Shown: positions 1-11,399 of the stretch, one piece after another
Numbering within the stretch: position 1 is the first letter of the stretch
Layout of the letters: every line of letters starts with the position of its first letter
NCBI GenBank assembly: GCA_008632985.1
Contig: QPGO01000072.1
Location: 372,001 to 406,000 of the forward strand
DNA from: Psammoneis japonica
Lineage: Eukaryota
Length of the DNA: 34,000 nucleotides
Direction of reading: 5' to 3'
Notes under the pieces: generated by a model
Databases searched by the model: none
Seen by the model: only the letters and a program-made list of their open reading frames with translations
What the model was told of the DNA's origin: nothing
Translations under genes and position numbers: made by a program

Positions 1-600
1 GTGCAAAACAACGAAGTGATATCGCTTGTTGCAATCCCCCATGTTGGCATTTCGATTCAAAATGTGAGGAGCAACACACCATCGATGATCAAACATACGA
101 CGCATAACGCGTTTGTAGAGAACATATCATTGACTCACGTTCGTAGCAACTCACTTTGCCTCTTGGTATCGTTGTGAATCGGTATGCAACGTCGTAAAGT
201 AGAGATTGGTATGTTTTGTGCGCTCGTTCGATCGTGTCAAAACACACGCGTTCGTCGCTTTCGCCAGCTGTCCGAACGCGCTGGCCGGCATTGTTCTGAT
301 TGAAACACATGAAAATCAATGACGAGTTTGATAGAAACTTCGATACTAACATCAATTTTTGTATAAAACCTTGTATACATAGCATAATCGAAAATTTGAA
401 TTGTACCGGATGCTTCTGTAGAATCTACGTGGAATCCAACGGCCGTAACGATCAGAATACAAGAGGTTCGAGTTCTAAAAAAATTATGATTCGAGCTCCT
501 CAAGTAAAGACACTGAAACAAAACCTCGTGCCAAAGAGGAAAAGAGAGAGAGAGAGAGATGACACCGTGCTGTACATACGTGCAGCACTGCATGCGGCTA

Positions 601-673
601 GCTAGAGTGCTAGAGAGAGCACAGTGTAGACTCTAAAGTCTAAAGTGGCTTGTGCTCTCTCCAGCTCTCTGGC
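601..673. repeat. Imperfect hairpin (23-bp arms, inner TAGACT/AGTCTA stem) at the left edge of domain 1
   Basis: 601-623 gctagagtgctagagagagcaca vs reverse complement of 651-673 gccagagagctggagagagcaca: 20/23 identical. Confidence 0.75.
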
Positions 674-1064
674 GGCAGGCACTGGCAGTCATCATCGTCT
701 GCGCAAATGTCGTGATGCCACGCACCACATTTCTTTGTGCACTGGAGCTCGTGCTGATTCTGTGCAATGCAATGTAAAATGCATGTCATGCTGTGCATGA
801 AAAAAGCATGCCAGTGATTGATTCATGGCTCCCAATTGTGACGAACTCATTTCTCATGCACTCAGAAGGAGCCTTGTTGGAACGCCGCTTCCAATCAATT
901 TTCACTTGTGGTGTGTCACATGCGCCCCTGTGCCCAGTGGTGTTCAATGCCATGCTGTGTCAACAAAAATGTTTGGGGAGCATTGGAAAAACAGTGGTGG
1001 CATTTGGGATCAAAATGCCACATTCACGCCACATTCAGTGCAAATGTGGCATTTGCACGGACAA

Positions 1065-1470
1065 CCGACCAACTGCAAGGGACGGGTTCCAGCCCTGCTG
1101 GGTGGGACTCCATGTGACATTGGGCCATAGAATTCCACGTGCGAGCTCTGCAGCAAATTTGTTGAGCAATGGAAATGTGTGATCGCCAACAGAAAAAGAG
1201 GCAATTTTACGAATGCATCTCCTCTTTACACTTGGAGTGCATCATTGACAGTTTTCCCGGGCACATTCTGCAGACATTAAAGAACACACCCAGCGCATTT
1301 TCACTCTCATAAATGTTGAAAATGGCAAAGCCTTTGGCTTCACAAAACAGGGAGCATGAAACAATTTTGGAGAATGCAGCACGTAGAAATGTGCATGTGC
1401 GACATCCGACGCGATCCAAAAAACTGTTGATGTCACAGTGCAGCAGTGCGAGGTCCCACCTGGAGAGCTG
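1065..1470 (+). repeat. ~400-bp direct repeat, copy 1
   Basis: Aligns with 3335-3740 (shared ggtgggactc..tgtgacattggg, cacttggagtgcatcattgacagttt, tgtcacagtgcagcagtgcgaggtcccacctggag). Confidence 0.9.
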
Positions 1471-3334
1471 GAACGCGTCAAGGACCAAAAAACCGTGTCT
1501 GCCCCCTCTGCTTTTTGGTGTCTTTGTAAAAGTTGATTTTGTTTCCAAAATCAATGGGTCATTCACCATGCGGTGCTTCTTGCATCTTCTGCCATTGTCA
1601 ATTGACATGTTTTCATGCCTGTGTTCACCAGAGTCATGGCTCTGAATGCCACAACTGGTGTCGCAAGAGGGGGCTTTTTTGCTCCAAGAGGACAGACCGG
1701 TCATCAGTGGAATTCTATGTGGAAATGCACCGAGAAATTTCCAAAGTTGTTTTTGCTCATTTGTGTCCATTGTCTCTTGCAATGGCAGCATGGCAAATCC
1801 ACAGCACACACTCATGTCAAATTGTGTGGGCCCACAAGCTGTGATTGATTGCTGTTTTGCTTTGTCTGGCTCTCCCCTTTTTGTGTTGTCTCTTGACTTG
1901 AAAAAGCGGCACAGATTCAAAATTGTGCCCATGAGTTTTAAAAATGTTTTGGTCATTTGTGGCTGGATGTGTGAATGATGTCACAAATGGAAGCATCTGG
2001 TGGACTCCTTCTGTCGGTCGTCTGCAAAGAGAGTCATGCTGCCAGAGGCAACTTTGTGTTTTCTGTGCTGCGCTGTGGTTGGCAGGAAGAAGTGGCTTCT
2101 TCTGTGTCACCAGCAGAGTCTTCAGAATCACTGAAAGAGGGGCCTGATGCTTGTTCCTCTGTGCCGCCGTTCGTGAACCAAGTCGCAAGGGAGTTGTCAT
2201 GGCGCTTGGGAGATTTCTCCATCTGCTGTTGTTGTTGTTGCATTTTGGTCTGCGCAAATCCCTGCGCTAATTTCCCCCTGTCAAATTTTGACAAAAAACA
2301 GTGAGCAGAAGTTGACAGGGCAAAATTCCCACAGAAGTCTTGCAGAAAGGACAAAAACATTGCAACGGAAGTTGCTTCATGCAACAGACTTAGTGGATTT
2401 GTGGGTGTGGGAATTCACCCTCTGTCGACATTTGCTCGTCGGACTTCGCCAAAGCAAGAACAAGTTGACTGCCAGAAAATTTGTGCAGAGCTGTCACAGA
2501 GAGGACAAACAAATTGCAAGACAAGTTGCTTTGCTCAACGGACCAAGTGGATTTATGGTCGCCTCACTCTTTGCATTGCCCTGACAACCAAGCATGTGAA
2601 CATCAACGTGAAAACATCAAATGCCAAAAATTCATTGACATTTTCAAAAAATTGCTGAACGGAAATGTTTGGGGTGACAATCAAATGCAACTGCAAAGAT
2701 TTGCACAAAACAATGCAGGACTGGCATGGCTGTTGTTGTGCATGAGTCAGAACATGAAAAACAAATGACTTTGGTCATGGGGCAATGATCATGTGCAGGC
2801 CAAATAAAAACATGGAACACAAACAAAAAAGGTCAACTGCCAATGAGCGAGCATGCATGATTTCAATCAGCAAGAATGTGACGATGCAACAGATCTGAGA
2901 GCACACTCACTGGGTCAAAGCGCCAAATGATGCCCTGTGACTGATGCACTCTTTTGTGCCTCTCTGATGTTGTGTGTGCAGGTGTTTGTCACTGGTCATC
3001 ATTCATCATGACACATGGTGCAACTTCTTGTTGTCAAAAAATTGACAAAACGCAGCATGACACAGTGTTAAAAATGTTAAGACAATTGCAGAACAAAGGG
3101 GCAAAGGCACGACAATTTGATTTTTCAGGATTTTCCACTGTGCGAGAAACGTGCAGTGCGCTGCGCACCTCGTCGCCAATGATCGGCGACGTGACGGTGG
3201 TGCATTGTCGCAATGACAGCGATGACAGTGATGTGTCCCAGAGTCTTTTGTCATTGTGGACATTTAGTTTGTTGTGTTTGAGAATGCACTCAGTCATGAA
3301 AGTCCCCGTGAGCAACCTCCATTGAAGCGCAAAA

Positions 3335-3740
3335 CGTCATGCCAACAAGGAGATGGGTTCCAGTCCCAGGTGGGACTCCGTGTGACATTGGGCCCACAGA
3401 ATTCTATGTGCAAACTCCACAGCAAATTTGTGCTGTGATGAAAATGCAAATGATCGCCAACAGACAAAGAGGCAATTTTACGAACGCATCTCCTCCTTCA
3501 CACTTGGAGTGCATCATTGACAGTTTGCCCGGGTGTGTTCTGCAGACATTAAAGAATGTGCCCAGCGTGTTTTTGTTCTCACGAATGTTGAAAATAGAAA
3601 GCCTTTGGCTTCGCAAAATGGGGAGCATGAAACAATTTTGTAGAACACAACACGTAGAAATGCACATGCGTGACATGCGACGAGATCCAAAAAACTGTCA
3701 TGTCACAGTGCAGCAGTGCGAGGTCCCACCTGGAGCTGGG
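3335..3740 (+). repeat. ~400-bp direct repeat, copy 2
   Basis: Aligns with 1065-1470. Many differences are CA-vs-TG swaps (ggcacattc/ggtgtgttc, gaacacaccc/gaatgtgccc). Confidence 0.9.
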
Positions 3741-4271
3741 TTGCATCAGGAGCTCTGTTTTTCGACCGTCCTTTCATGCACTTGATTGTCGAACGATTGA
3801 GAGTTTGTCCGGGGGACTTTCTTTGCACATGTGTGTTCTTCATGGTGCAATTGATTGATGCATTGAGTGCCTGTCACAAAGTGTCGTCCTCTGTCAGCGT
3901 CTGAAAATTGTCACTGTCATCGTCGGCGTCGACGGCAATTTGTCGCGCAAATCGCAAAAAATGCACGACTGTCGTCTGTCTGACATTGCGCTGCTGTGCG
4001 CTTGTTGTGTTCATGCCTTAAATGATGAAGACAATTGATGAACGAAAATCTCTGTAAAATTTCAGATGATGCATTTTTTTAGAAAATGGCATTTTTTAGA
4101 AAATGGCGATGTGCCATTTTTGGCCCCCGATTGCACTGTGATGCAACGTTCTTTTGTCCCGCTGTTTTCACTAAGATCTCTGTTGAAGTTCTGTCTGAAG
4201 TTGGTAGATTGGGTTTGCATGGCAAACAATGGGAAGTCACTCATGGAGTTGCTTTACAAAGTTTGCTCTTG

Positions 4272-4307
4272 CAAGAGGACAGACCGGTCGGAAGAGGACA
4301 GACCGGT
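4272..4307 (+). repeat. Tandem AAGAGGACAGACCGGT motif (2 copies; third copy at 1686-1701)
   Basis: caagaggacagaccggtc is an exact 18-bp match between 1685-1702 and 4272-4289; 16 bp repeat again at 4292-4307. Confidence 0.75.
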
Positions 4308-4715
4308 TTTTTACTTGTAACGGAAAAACGGACGATGCAAGGCATCCAGAAATCATCCCGGTGCGGTAAAAAAGGTCGTTTTCTGTTTTTTCCAAGAGTA
4401 ATTCTGTCATTATTGTACCCAAAATGCCTCATCCACTGGGGAAAATAACGGATTACTGGATCTTCCGCGTGCAGTGAACGCAGGACACTGAAGCTTGAAA
4501 GCAAGTCTCAGTCATGAGACGCTCACGTAAGACTGTGGTATGTTTTCTACGCGAGATTCCAGAAATTCTTTTGATCCGTGTCATTGATGTCAACCAATCG
4601 ATGCGCTTTGTATCCGTGTGAGGTGTCAAAGCCTTTCACGTTTGCCTCTTATCTTTTACGCTTGACCCATTTTCTTGTTGTACTGTGCTTCTTTCAATTA
4701 TCACTTATCAGAACG

Positions 4716-5174
4716 ATGATGCGCCTGTCCTCTCTTGTGCTTCGTACGACCTGTCGCTTGTCTCCTCGAGCCTTTGCAACACTTCCCCTGCCGTCGGACC
4801 CATCCATTACCGCCCTGGACAAGCTTCATCAGTTGATCGAAATGAATCGTCAGGCAGAGTGCGTGAAAAATCTTTCCGTTCCTCTTTTACCAGTCCGTAA
4901 AACGTCAATCTCACTTTTTGTCTTGCAAAACAGTTTCCCTCAGACAGTTCCTCATGAGTTTGTGGACCAAGTAGTGACTGCTGCGGACGAAAACAAAGAT
5001 GGCCGCATCAGTGTCGACGAAATGAACGTCATGCTGAAGAATTTGTACTCTCATCAACCTATCACAAGGGAGGAAGTGCAGTTCATCATGGAAAGGGATC
5101 TTGGTATGGACCCAAACTCGGATAGTGTTCCTATGGAAAAGGTGAAGCAGTTGTTGCTTGAGATCTATCATTGA
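4716..5174 (+). CDS. Small EF-hand Ca-binding protein with a probable mitochondrial presequence; probable 75-nt intron 4859-4933
   Basis: Canonical EF loop DENKDGRISVDE. Arg/Ser/Leu-rich N-terminus MMRLSSLVLRTTCRLSPRAFA. In-frame GTGCGT...pyrimidine tract...CAG segment. Confidence 0.75.
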   Translation: MMRLSSLVLRTTCRLSPRAFATLPLPSDPSITALDKLHQLIEMNRQAECVKNLSVPLLPVRKTSISLFVLQNSFPQTVPHEFVDQVVTAADENKDGRISVDEMNVMLKNLYSHQPITREEVQFIMERDLGMDPNSDSVPMEKVKQLLLEIYH

Positions 5175-5770
5175 AGAAACTATATGACAAGACTTGCATG
5201 ACTAACATAAAGTATATACGGGTAATGGAGTGATGCCAGCCCTTTCATTTTGCATATCTCCATGGAAAACACCAAGCAAACATTGCTTTTATATCTATGC
5301 TTGATGGATGAGACTATTCCGTGGAGTGCGTTGACGTGGGTAATGGCGAACGCTGAAATATCACAACCTGGCGTAACGACGTGATCGCTATACAATGCCT
5401 TGAACTATATAAGTAGACAATTGATTAACCACAGCTTCTTTTCTCCTTCTTGACAGAGCTGAGTAGACAGTAGAGAGTGATGCATAGCTTTTAGACTACC
5501 GGTATTAGAAAAACAAACAATCGTCAAACAACGAAAACAACATACAGTTTGATTCTATAAATTTTAGGAAAGAGTACAAAAAGCTGTGGTTCTTGAACTC
5601 TGGCTTTTAAAACTGTATCGGCGATCTTTTCTTGAACCCGACGAGGCGACCGGCTTCCAGTTCCAAAAAGCACCGCAAGAAACCTTCGCTTTCAATGTTC
5701 CTAATGTATTTCTCCAAAGCATACTGCCGTCCGCGCACAGTTTCCCCCATAATGTTCACGTCTTCCATAT

Positions 5771-8700
5771 CTAGAATGGATCGATTGGGCACTTTCCAGA
5801 TCCCGTACACTTGTATTTTTGTCCCGTGAAGTATCCATTATTGTTCAAGCAACTTTCCTCTTTCATCATTCTACAGTCGCCACTCATCCAACAGCAAGCA
5901 CCTCTACTGTTGGGTTTAATTGGAGCCGCTGGATCCGCTGCACACTTCACATCACGGCATCTCGACCCCAAACCCAAAAAGGTGCCACCTTTCTTGCTGC
6001 AGAATTTGCGCTGGGAAAGCTTACAATTTCCGCTTGTCATGCAACACGCACCATAGGCTATCGGACAAGTCTTATAGGTGCATTTTGCGTTCGGAACAAA
6101 GTCTCCTCCTTGTCGTTCGCAATTATTTCCCATGATATTCTTGCAAACGGCAGCTTTTTCCAAACAACATGAACCTTGCACGTTTGGAAAGTTGGGCGGA
6201 GGGTCAGTGGGTTTCGAAGCGAGTGGGCACGTGCCATCACTGTTGCATGCAACGTTGTCACCCATGTATGTATCCCGTCTGCTTTCGCAAATGCGAAAGC
6301 TTCGCATTCTGCATTGGCCGTTGGAAGTGCAACACGCGCCTTTTACAACGGGCTTCTCGGTAGGAAGTGAGCTTAAGTCCGCTACGGGGCATGATTTGTC
6401 CGAGTTGCAGCTTTGGCCTATTACGGAAACGCCTCCTCGGTTCTTGCATTTCCCTTTTGTGTAATCATTGCAAAAGCCGTTCTTAAAGCAGCATGCGTGG
6501 CGGACAAAGGCAGGTGCTGCGGTTGGACTCGGAGTCTTGGGTGGGGCGCACCACTGGGTATCTCTGCAGTTTGTATCGGCTTGGAAAGGATGCCCATTGT
6601 CAAGACACGTCTTTTGGGGAAGGTTGACGCAAACCTTTCCTCCGATACAACACGCCCCATATTCATCTGCTCCGCTGTCTGGGGGAGGCCTAGCAACGAC
6701 ATTGGAAGGTGCCGCCGTGGTGGGAGCCAGTGTAGGCGCCATTGTTGGGCTTCTCGTCGGACAAACACCGGGGTCTTGACAAGTTGTACCAAAACCCATG
6801 AACTCGCCATCGCAATTGAATGGTCTCCTTGGTCTGCAGGAAGAAAATCCGTTGCTCTCCATGCAGCTAAGAGAGAAAAGAGAGGTGAGAAACCTTATCG
6901 AATTCTCATAACGTTACAAACACGAGAACGACACTAGCCTTACCATGCACCGTTTGTCGGACAAACGTTTGCTGAGCATTGGACTAGATGACCAACGAAA
7001 TCGCCATCGCAATCTGCAGGAGGCACAAATTGGCACCCAAGCAATGTGCAACATGCACCGGGCCTCTGGTCTGTGATGGTGGGACTCTGTGTGGGCGAAG
7101 TTGTTGGCGATCGAGTTGGCGCTGCGGTTGGTAACGAGCACTCAGCTTGATTGCAGAGCTGATGAAAGCCGTTCCAACTTCCGCCCTCATCGTAGCAAAC
7201 GTCCTGACGTGTGAAATTTGAGCAGGTATTGTCAGGTCGACAGCAACTGCCGGGACAGCCACCGCAGTTGGTATCCGGGCCGAGCCACAGCCCTGTCGTG
7301 CAATCTGCATTCGTCGTCACCTCGCAAGAATCCGGCGCTAGCTTGCAACATCCACCGAGGGGTTGCTGTGGACATTCAGTGCAGTTTGAGGAGCCGTCCT
7401 GCCAACTCCCTTCAAGATCTACGGTACACTCTTGTTCCGTAGTGTTCTCTCTGCAGATTCCGAATCCGTTAAGCGTTCCACAGCATGGCGCCATTGGTAT
7501 TGGCAACAGAACGAGTGGCGCCTCTGTAGGTCCTTGTGTTGGATTCATCGTAGGTGAAGTTGTTGGAGCTTTTGTAGGTGACTTTGAAGGACTCTGCGTA
7601 GGAGCCCCTGTCGGGTTTGTAGTAGGAGCTCGCGTCGGTGACGACGTCGGAGGTTGCGGGCATTGAGTAGTAGCGCAAGTCGAGTTGCCATCACTCCACT
7701 CGCCCCCTAATTCGTCGCACTGGCTTTCGGCAACAATGTCTCTACAGCCGCCATCTGGTAGACAACACGTGCCAGCCTGTGTCGTGGTACGAAATAGTTA
7801 GATATACACGGAAAGCAACAGCATTGCAATCAGATTAGTAAGTGAGCATTATACGTACCGGCGGACAAGCAAAAGGACAACTTTCTCCCCGTGCCCAAAA
7901 TCCATTTTGTAAGAAATTTAGACAATCGGACCTTGTTCTTTCGACACAGGCACCGCTTCCTGAATACGTCAACGAACAACATGCCGATATTAGCTCTGCC
8001 TCTGCCGTTGGACTCTCAGTGGGGGACCGAGTTGGTCCTGGCGTCGGACTCTCAGTAGGACTGCGCGTTGGTCCCATTGTTGGACTCTTCGTCGGAGCCC
8101 GCGTTGGGGACGTTGTGGGGGTGCGTGTTGGGCTACGCGTGGGCGCAGCCGTAGGTGCTGAACATTGAGCTTCAGCGCACACACTGTTGAAACCGTTCCA
8201 CTTCCCTGTCATAATACTGCACACGTCCTCTGGTACGAACTCTTCGCAGCTTCCGTCAGGAAGGCAGCAACTGCCTGGACAGCCACCGCAGTTTCTGTCC
8301 GGACCGAGCCACAATCCAGTGCACTCTGAAGGGGTGGTTACATCGCAGGAATCCGGATCAAGCGTGCAACAGCCACCGGTAGGGGGCGGCGGGCATTCAT
8401 TGCAATTGAGGGCACCACCTTGCCAGGTCCCTTGAAGGTACACGATGCATACTTCCTCTGAAGTAGCCTCTCTGCAGTCTGAAAATCCCCCAAATGTTCC
8501 GCAGCATGGCGCAAGAACTTGCGTTGGACTACCAGTGGGAGGATCGGTAGCTTCGTCTAGCGCTATAGTAGATGTTGGAGCCGGTGTTGCGAGTAAAATT
8601 GTAGGCTCAGCCGTAGTAGGCGTCGCAGTGGGAGACGTCGTTGGCGCCATGGTAGTAGGACCTGATGTCGGGCCCGAAGTAGGCGATTTAGTCGGTGTCG

Positions 8701-9298
8701 ACGTCGTTGGAGCCTCCGTCTCGACAGTGGGAGAAGTCGTTGGCGCCATGGTTGGAGATGCAGTAGGTCCTCCGGTAATTGCCGCCATAGGGGCTGATGT
8801 CGGATTTGCGGTTGTCGGTGCCATCGTAGGTTGATTAGTCGTAGGAACCATAGTGGGGGGCGATGTCGGATTTGCGGTTGTTGGTGCCATCGTAGGTTGA
8901 TTAGTCGCAGGAGCCATAGTTGGGGCCGATGTTGGATTTGCGGTTGTTGGTGCCATCGAAGGTTGATTAGTCGTAGGAGCCATAGTAGGGGCCGATGTTG
9001 GATTTGCGGTTGTTGGTGCCATCGTAGGTTGATTAGTCGTAGGAGCCATAGTAGGGGTCGATGTCGGATTTGCGGTTGTTGGGGATACAGTTGGTCCTCT
9101 GGTAGGCTCAGCCGTAGTAGGAGCTGATGTCGGATTTGCGGTTGTTGGCATCATTGTTGGTCCTTTAGTAGGTTCAGCCGTAGTGGGGGATACAGTCGGT
9201 CCTGCGGTAGGTTCGGTAGTAGCAGGTATCGGCGTGCTATTCCCTAGCGAAGCCAAGAAAGCAAGAAGGAGAAACTCTCCTACGATGGCGATCTTCAT
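5771..9298 (-). CDS. Secreted mucin-like Pro/Thr-rich protein with multiple Cys-rich GACC-type repeats (~1122 aa; exons 9298-7859, 7776-6944, 6866-5771)
   Basis: Signal peptide MKIAIVGEFLLLAFLASLGNS. Introns GTACGT..CAG (7858-7777) and GTAAGG..TAG (6943-6867) join three ORF segments in frame and rebuild a GACC motif across intron 2. PTxAPT linkers alternate with G[AS]CC-x-C-x-C-x-GG-x-C modules. Confidence 0.88.
8782..9085 (-). repeat. Coding minisatellite, 66-bp unit x ~4.5 (PTMAPTTNQPTMAPTTANPTSA)
   Basis: ccatcg[t/a]aggttgattagtcg recurs at 8821, 8887, 8953 and 9019. Confidence 0.9.
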
Positions 9299-10599
9299 GG
9301 TTTTCCAAAAAAAAATCGATGTCAAAGGAGTGACGATGTCAAAGGAGTAATGATCAATCAATTTGTTTACCCATGGGCAATCGACTTCATTTTTGTGATG
9401 GTAACGAGGAACAAGAATTCGTCTGGAAAAAATGAGTGGGTTTGTTGATTTTGGATCATCAGCCAAATCCTTTCTGTCCATAAGTAGGGTGTGACGTTTG
9501 CTGAACTCTTTTTATTATGCCCTTATATAAATCTTGTTAAATAGTCTTTGTCTCCCCGTTTTGCGGGCAATTATCGTTGCTCAACATAAGATTGGATCGC
9601 GGATGTGCAGGGAATCGGCGTTTCCCCTCACACTTGACATTCTGTGTTCTCTATGCGGATGTTTGCTTGTCTACTCTAGCTAGCTAGTCTTCGTTCGTCG
9701 ATCTATTTTGCAGACGCCTGAAGCCATCCACAATGTTGGATCTGTGCTTTTTCCGCAATCAGTGTTGAAAGCGTTTCTGTGGCTTGCATCTCAACTTCCT
9801 GCTCCACCCCAGCAAATCAAAATGTCGCAACGAGGAGGAAAGGCGCTTTTTGGGGACCACTCTCTTGAATGTCTTGCACCTTGAAAATGCCATCACAGAG
9901 CTCCACTTGGATGGAATTTAATGGAGGCAGAGCTCATTTCATCGACACTGTTCATGTCACCAAGAAGTTGGCATTTTCGTTCCCAGGGGGGGGGGTTGCC
10001 AAAATCTGACTTTGTCAAGGTGCAATCATGTCATTTCCTTCTGGAGCTTGTAGATGCTGATTGACTGGGTTCACTTTGGTGGTTCACATGCAAGCTCCAG
10101 GGCTTGCTGTTTTTCAATTTCATGAGGAATCTGGCCTGTTTTTCTCATGCCAGGACTGGCAATTTGACGACAATTTGAAGCGACCAACGGGTGAGAAGTT
10201 TTCTCGATTCAAAATCCCAGCCCTGTTTTGCAATGTGGATTTGACAGCTGCATCAGAAAATGCTGATGTCAACATTGGAAAGCTCTGTTCCCATTTTGAC
10301 TGGACAATTTGGCGGGATTTCACGTGATTGCAGTGCCCAGCAAAGACGTTGTTCTGGAACGTGACTCCATTCACCAATTTCAAAGGCAGGTTGGGAACAA
10401 ATTGTGTGCTGTCCTTGGAAAAGACAACAGCATTGAGCGAGTCTGGGCAAAGCCAAATTGTGTCAATGGAGTGCATTTGTCTTGTGCAAAGAGTGCGAGT
10501 GTGAAAAAGCAGAACAAAGGTAAAAACATGATCATTGCCAGTTTAGTGTGCATGCACAAGAGCCCATTGTTCCACCTGCACAAAGCTCTTTGCTGATGT

Positions 10600-11220
10600 T
10601 TGGGCTCGTCATGACCATTTGCATCAGATTCATCATCATTTGCATCACACAAGGGGAAGCAAGGACATCACATGATCTTCCTCTGACCAGCCAATGAAGC
10701 GCTTTAGGACACAAGATGCAAAGTCAACAGCATGTTTCTTGGACTCTGGCAAGTTGAATGAAAAGCTCATGGCTGCCAACTTGGTCAAGTCAGGTTCCAA
10801 ATTTCTCACACCAAACATGGATTTTCCCTTTGCTGCTTGGCTGAAGCAGCTTGCAAGTGAATGATTGCACACAGTGAGGCCATCAATGAACTGGTGTTCC
10901 TCGCACTTTGGCAGTGCTTCTGTCATGTCCTCAATGTCAAGTGCGACAGCCGATGCTGGCTTGAGCAGCTGCAGCATTTTCTCCCAGACATTGGGCTCAA
11001 CATCAGGGAAGGAGACACGTCTCTCTCCCTTTTCCCTCCTTTCAAAATTGGTTGGTGTGGAGAGTGACGTGTTCATGGATTGTGATGGTGCACCTTTTGG
11101 TCTTTTCCCACAACAACCTCCACAACCTGGGCATCAGGAAAGAACCTTGTGCACCGACTGATGAATCCACCTGGGTCCGAGGCTGCAGAGGCCGGTCGTT
11201 CCATTGCTTCATCAGTCATG
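10600..11220 (-). pseudogene. Decayed BTB/POZ-domain gene
   Basis: PDAQVVEVVVGKDQKVHHHN...ERRVSFPDVEPNVWEKMLQLL...EEHQF resembles a BTB core, split over frames. His/Cys appear where Tyr would be expected. Confidence 0.55.
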
Positions 11221-11399
11221 GTGGTGTTTGCTTTGGGTGGTTTTGCAGGTTGTGGGTTGTGAGGGGTGAGGGCTTGTTTCTTGGTCCATGGTGCCCTCCT
11301 TCTTTCATTCTTCAAAGATTGTGAAGACAGCAGACCTCACAGCTTGAAGCTAAAAATTCATGTGACATCTGTCTTTCAGTGTGAGGGACGACAGTCAAT

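Larger units (their letters stand above)
650..4000. other. TpA-depleted, TpG/CpA-rich hypermutated domain 1 (decayed repeat or transposon, class unknown)
   Basis: Very few TA dinucleotides, mostly in TTTA/TAAA/TAGAA. ORFs in all frames are Cys/His-rich and nearly Tyr-free. Contains an internal ~400-bp direct repeat. Boundaries approximate. Confidence 0.8.

Noticed and set aside
89..605. Short ORFs at the window start
   Set aside because: No recognisable motifs; they overlap on both strands and include a GA microsatellite.
1065..3740. The direct repeats as LTRs of a retroelement
   Set aside because: No clear TG..CA termini, PBS/PPT or gag/pol motifs were recognised between them.
793..3904. 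Many overlapping Cys/His/Met-rich ORFs (also at 10061-15349 and 25274-27495) that could pass for metal-binding proteins
   Set aside because: By-product of TpA loss: TAA/TAG stops and Tyr codons vanish, so ORFs open in all six frames.
3200..3940. Short inverted match (cgatgacagtga ~3220-3231 / tcactgtcatcg 3911-3922) as TIRs
   Set aside because: Only 12 bp match exactly in low-complexity mutated DNA, and no TSD is evident.
650..4000. Classical fungal RIP, or CpG methylation alone, as the explanation of the bias
   Set aside because: RIP raises TpA and AT content, and CpG deamination cannot remove TpA. Here TpA is lost.
8782..9085. CRISPR-like array
   Set aside because: These are contiguous 66-bp coding repeats with no unique spacers, inside a eukaryotic exon.
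9299..9481. Upstream extension of the 548-aa ORF
   Set aside because: The signal peptide starts at ATG 9298; the upstream part looks like UTR or promoter.
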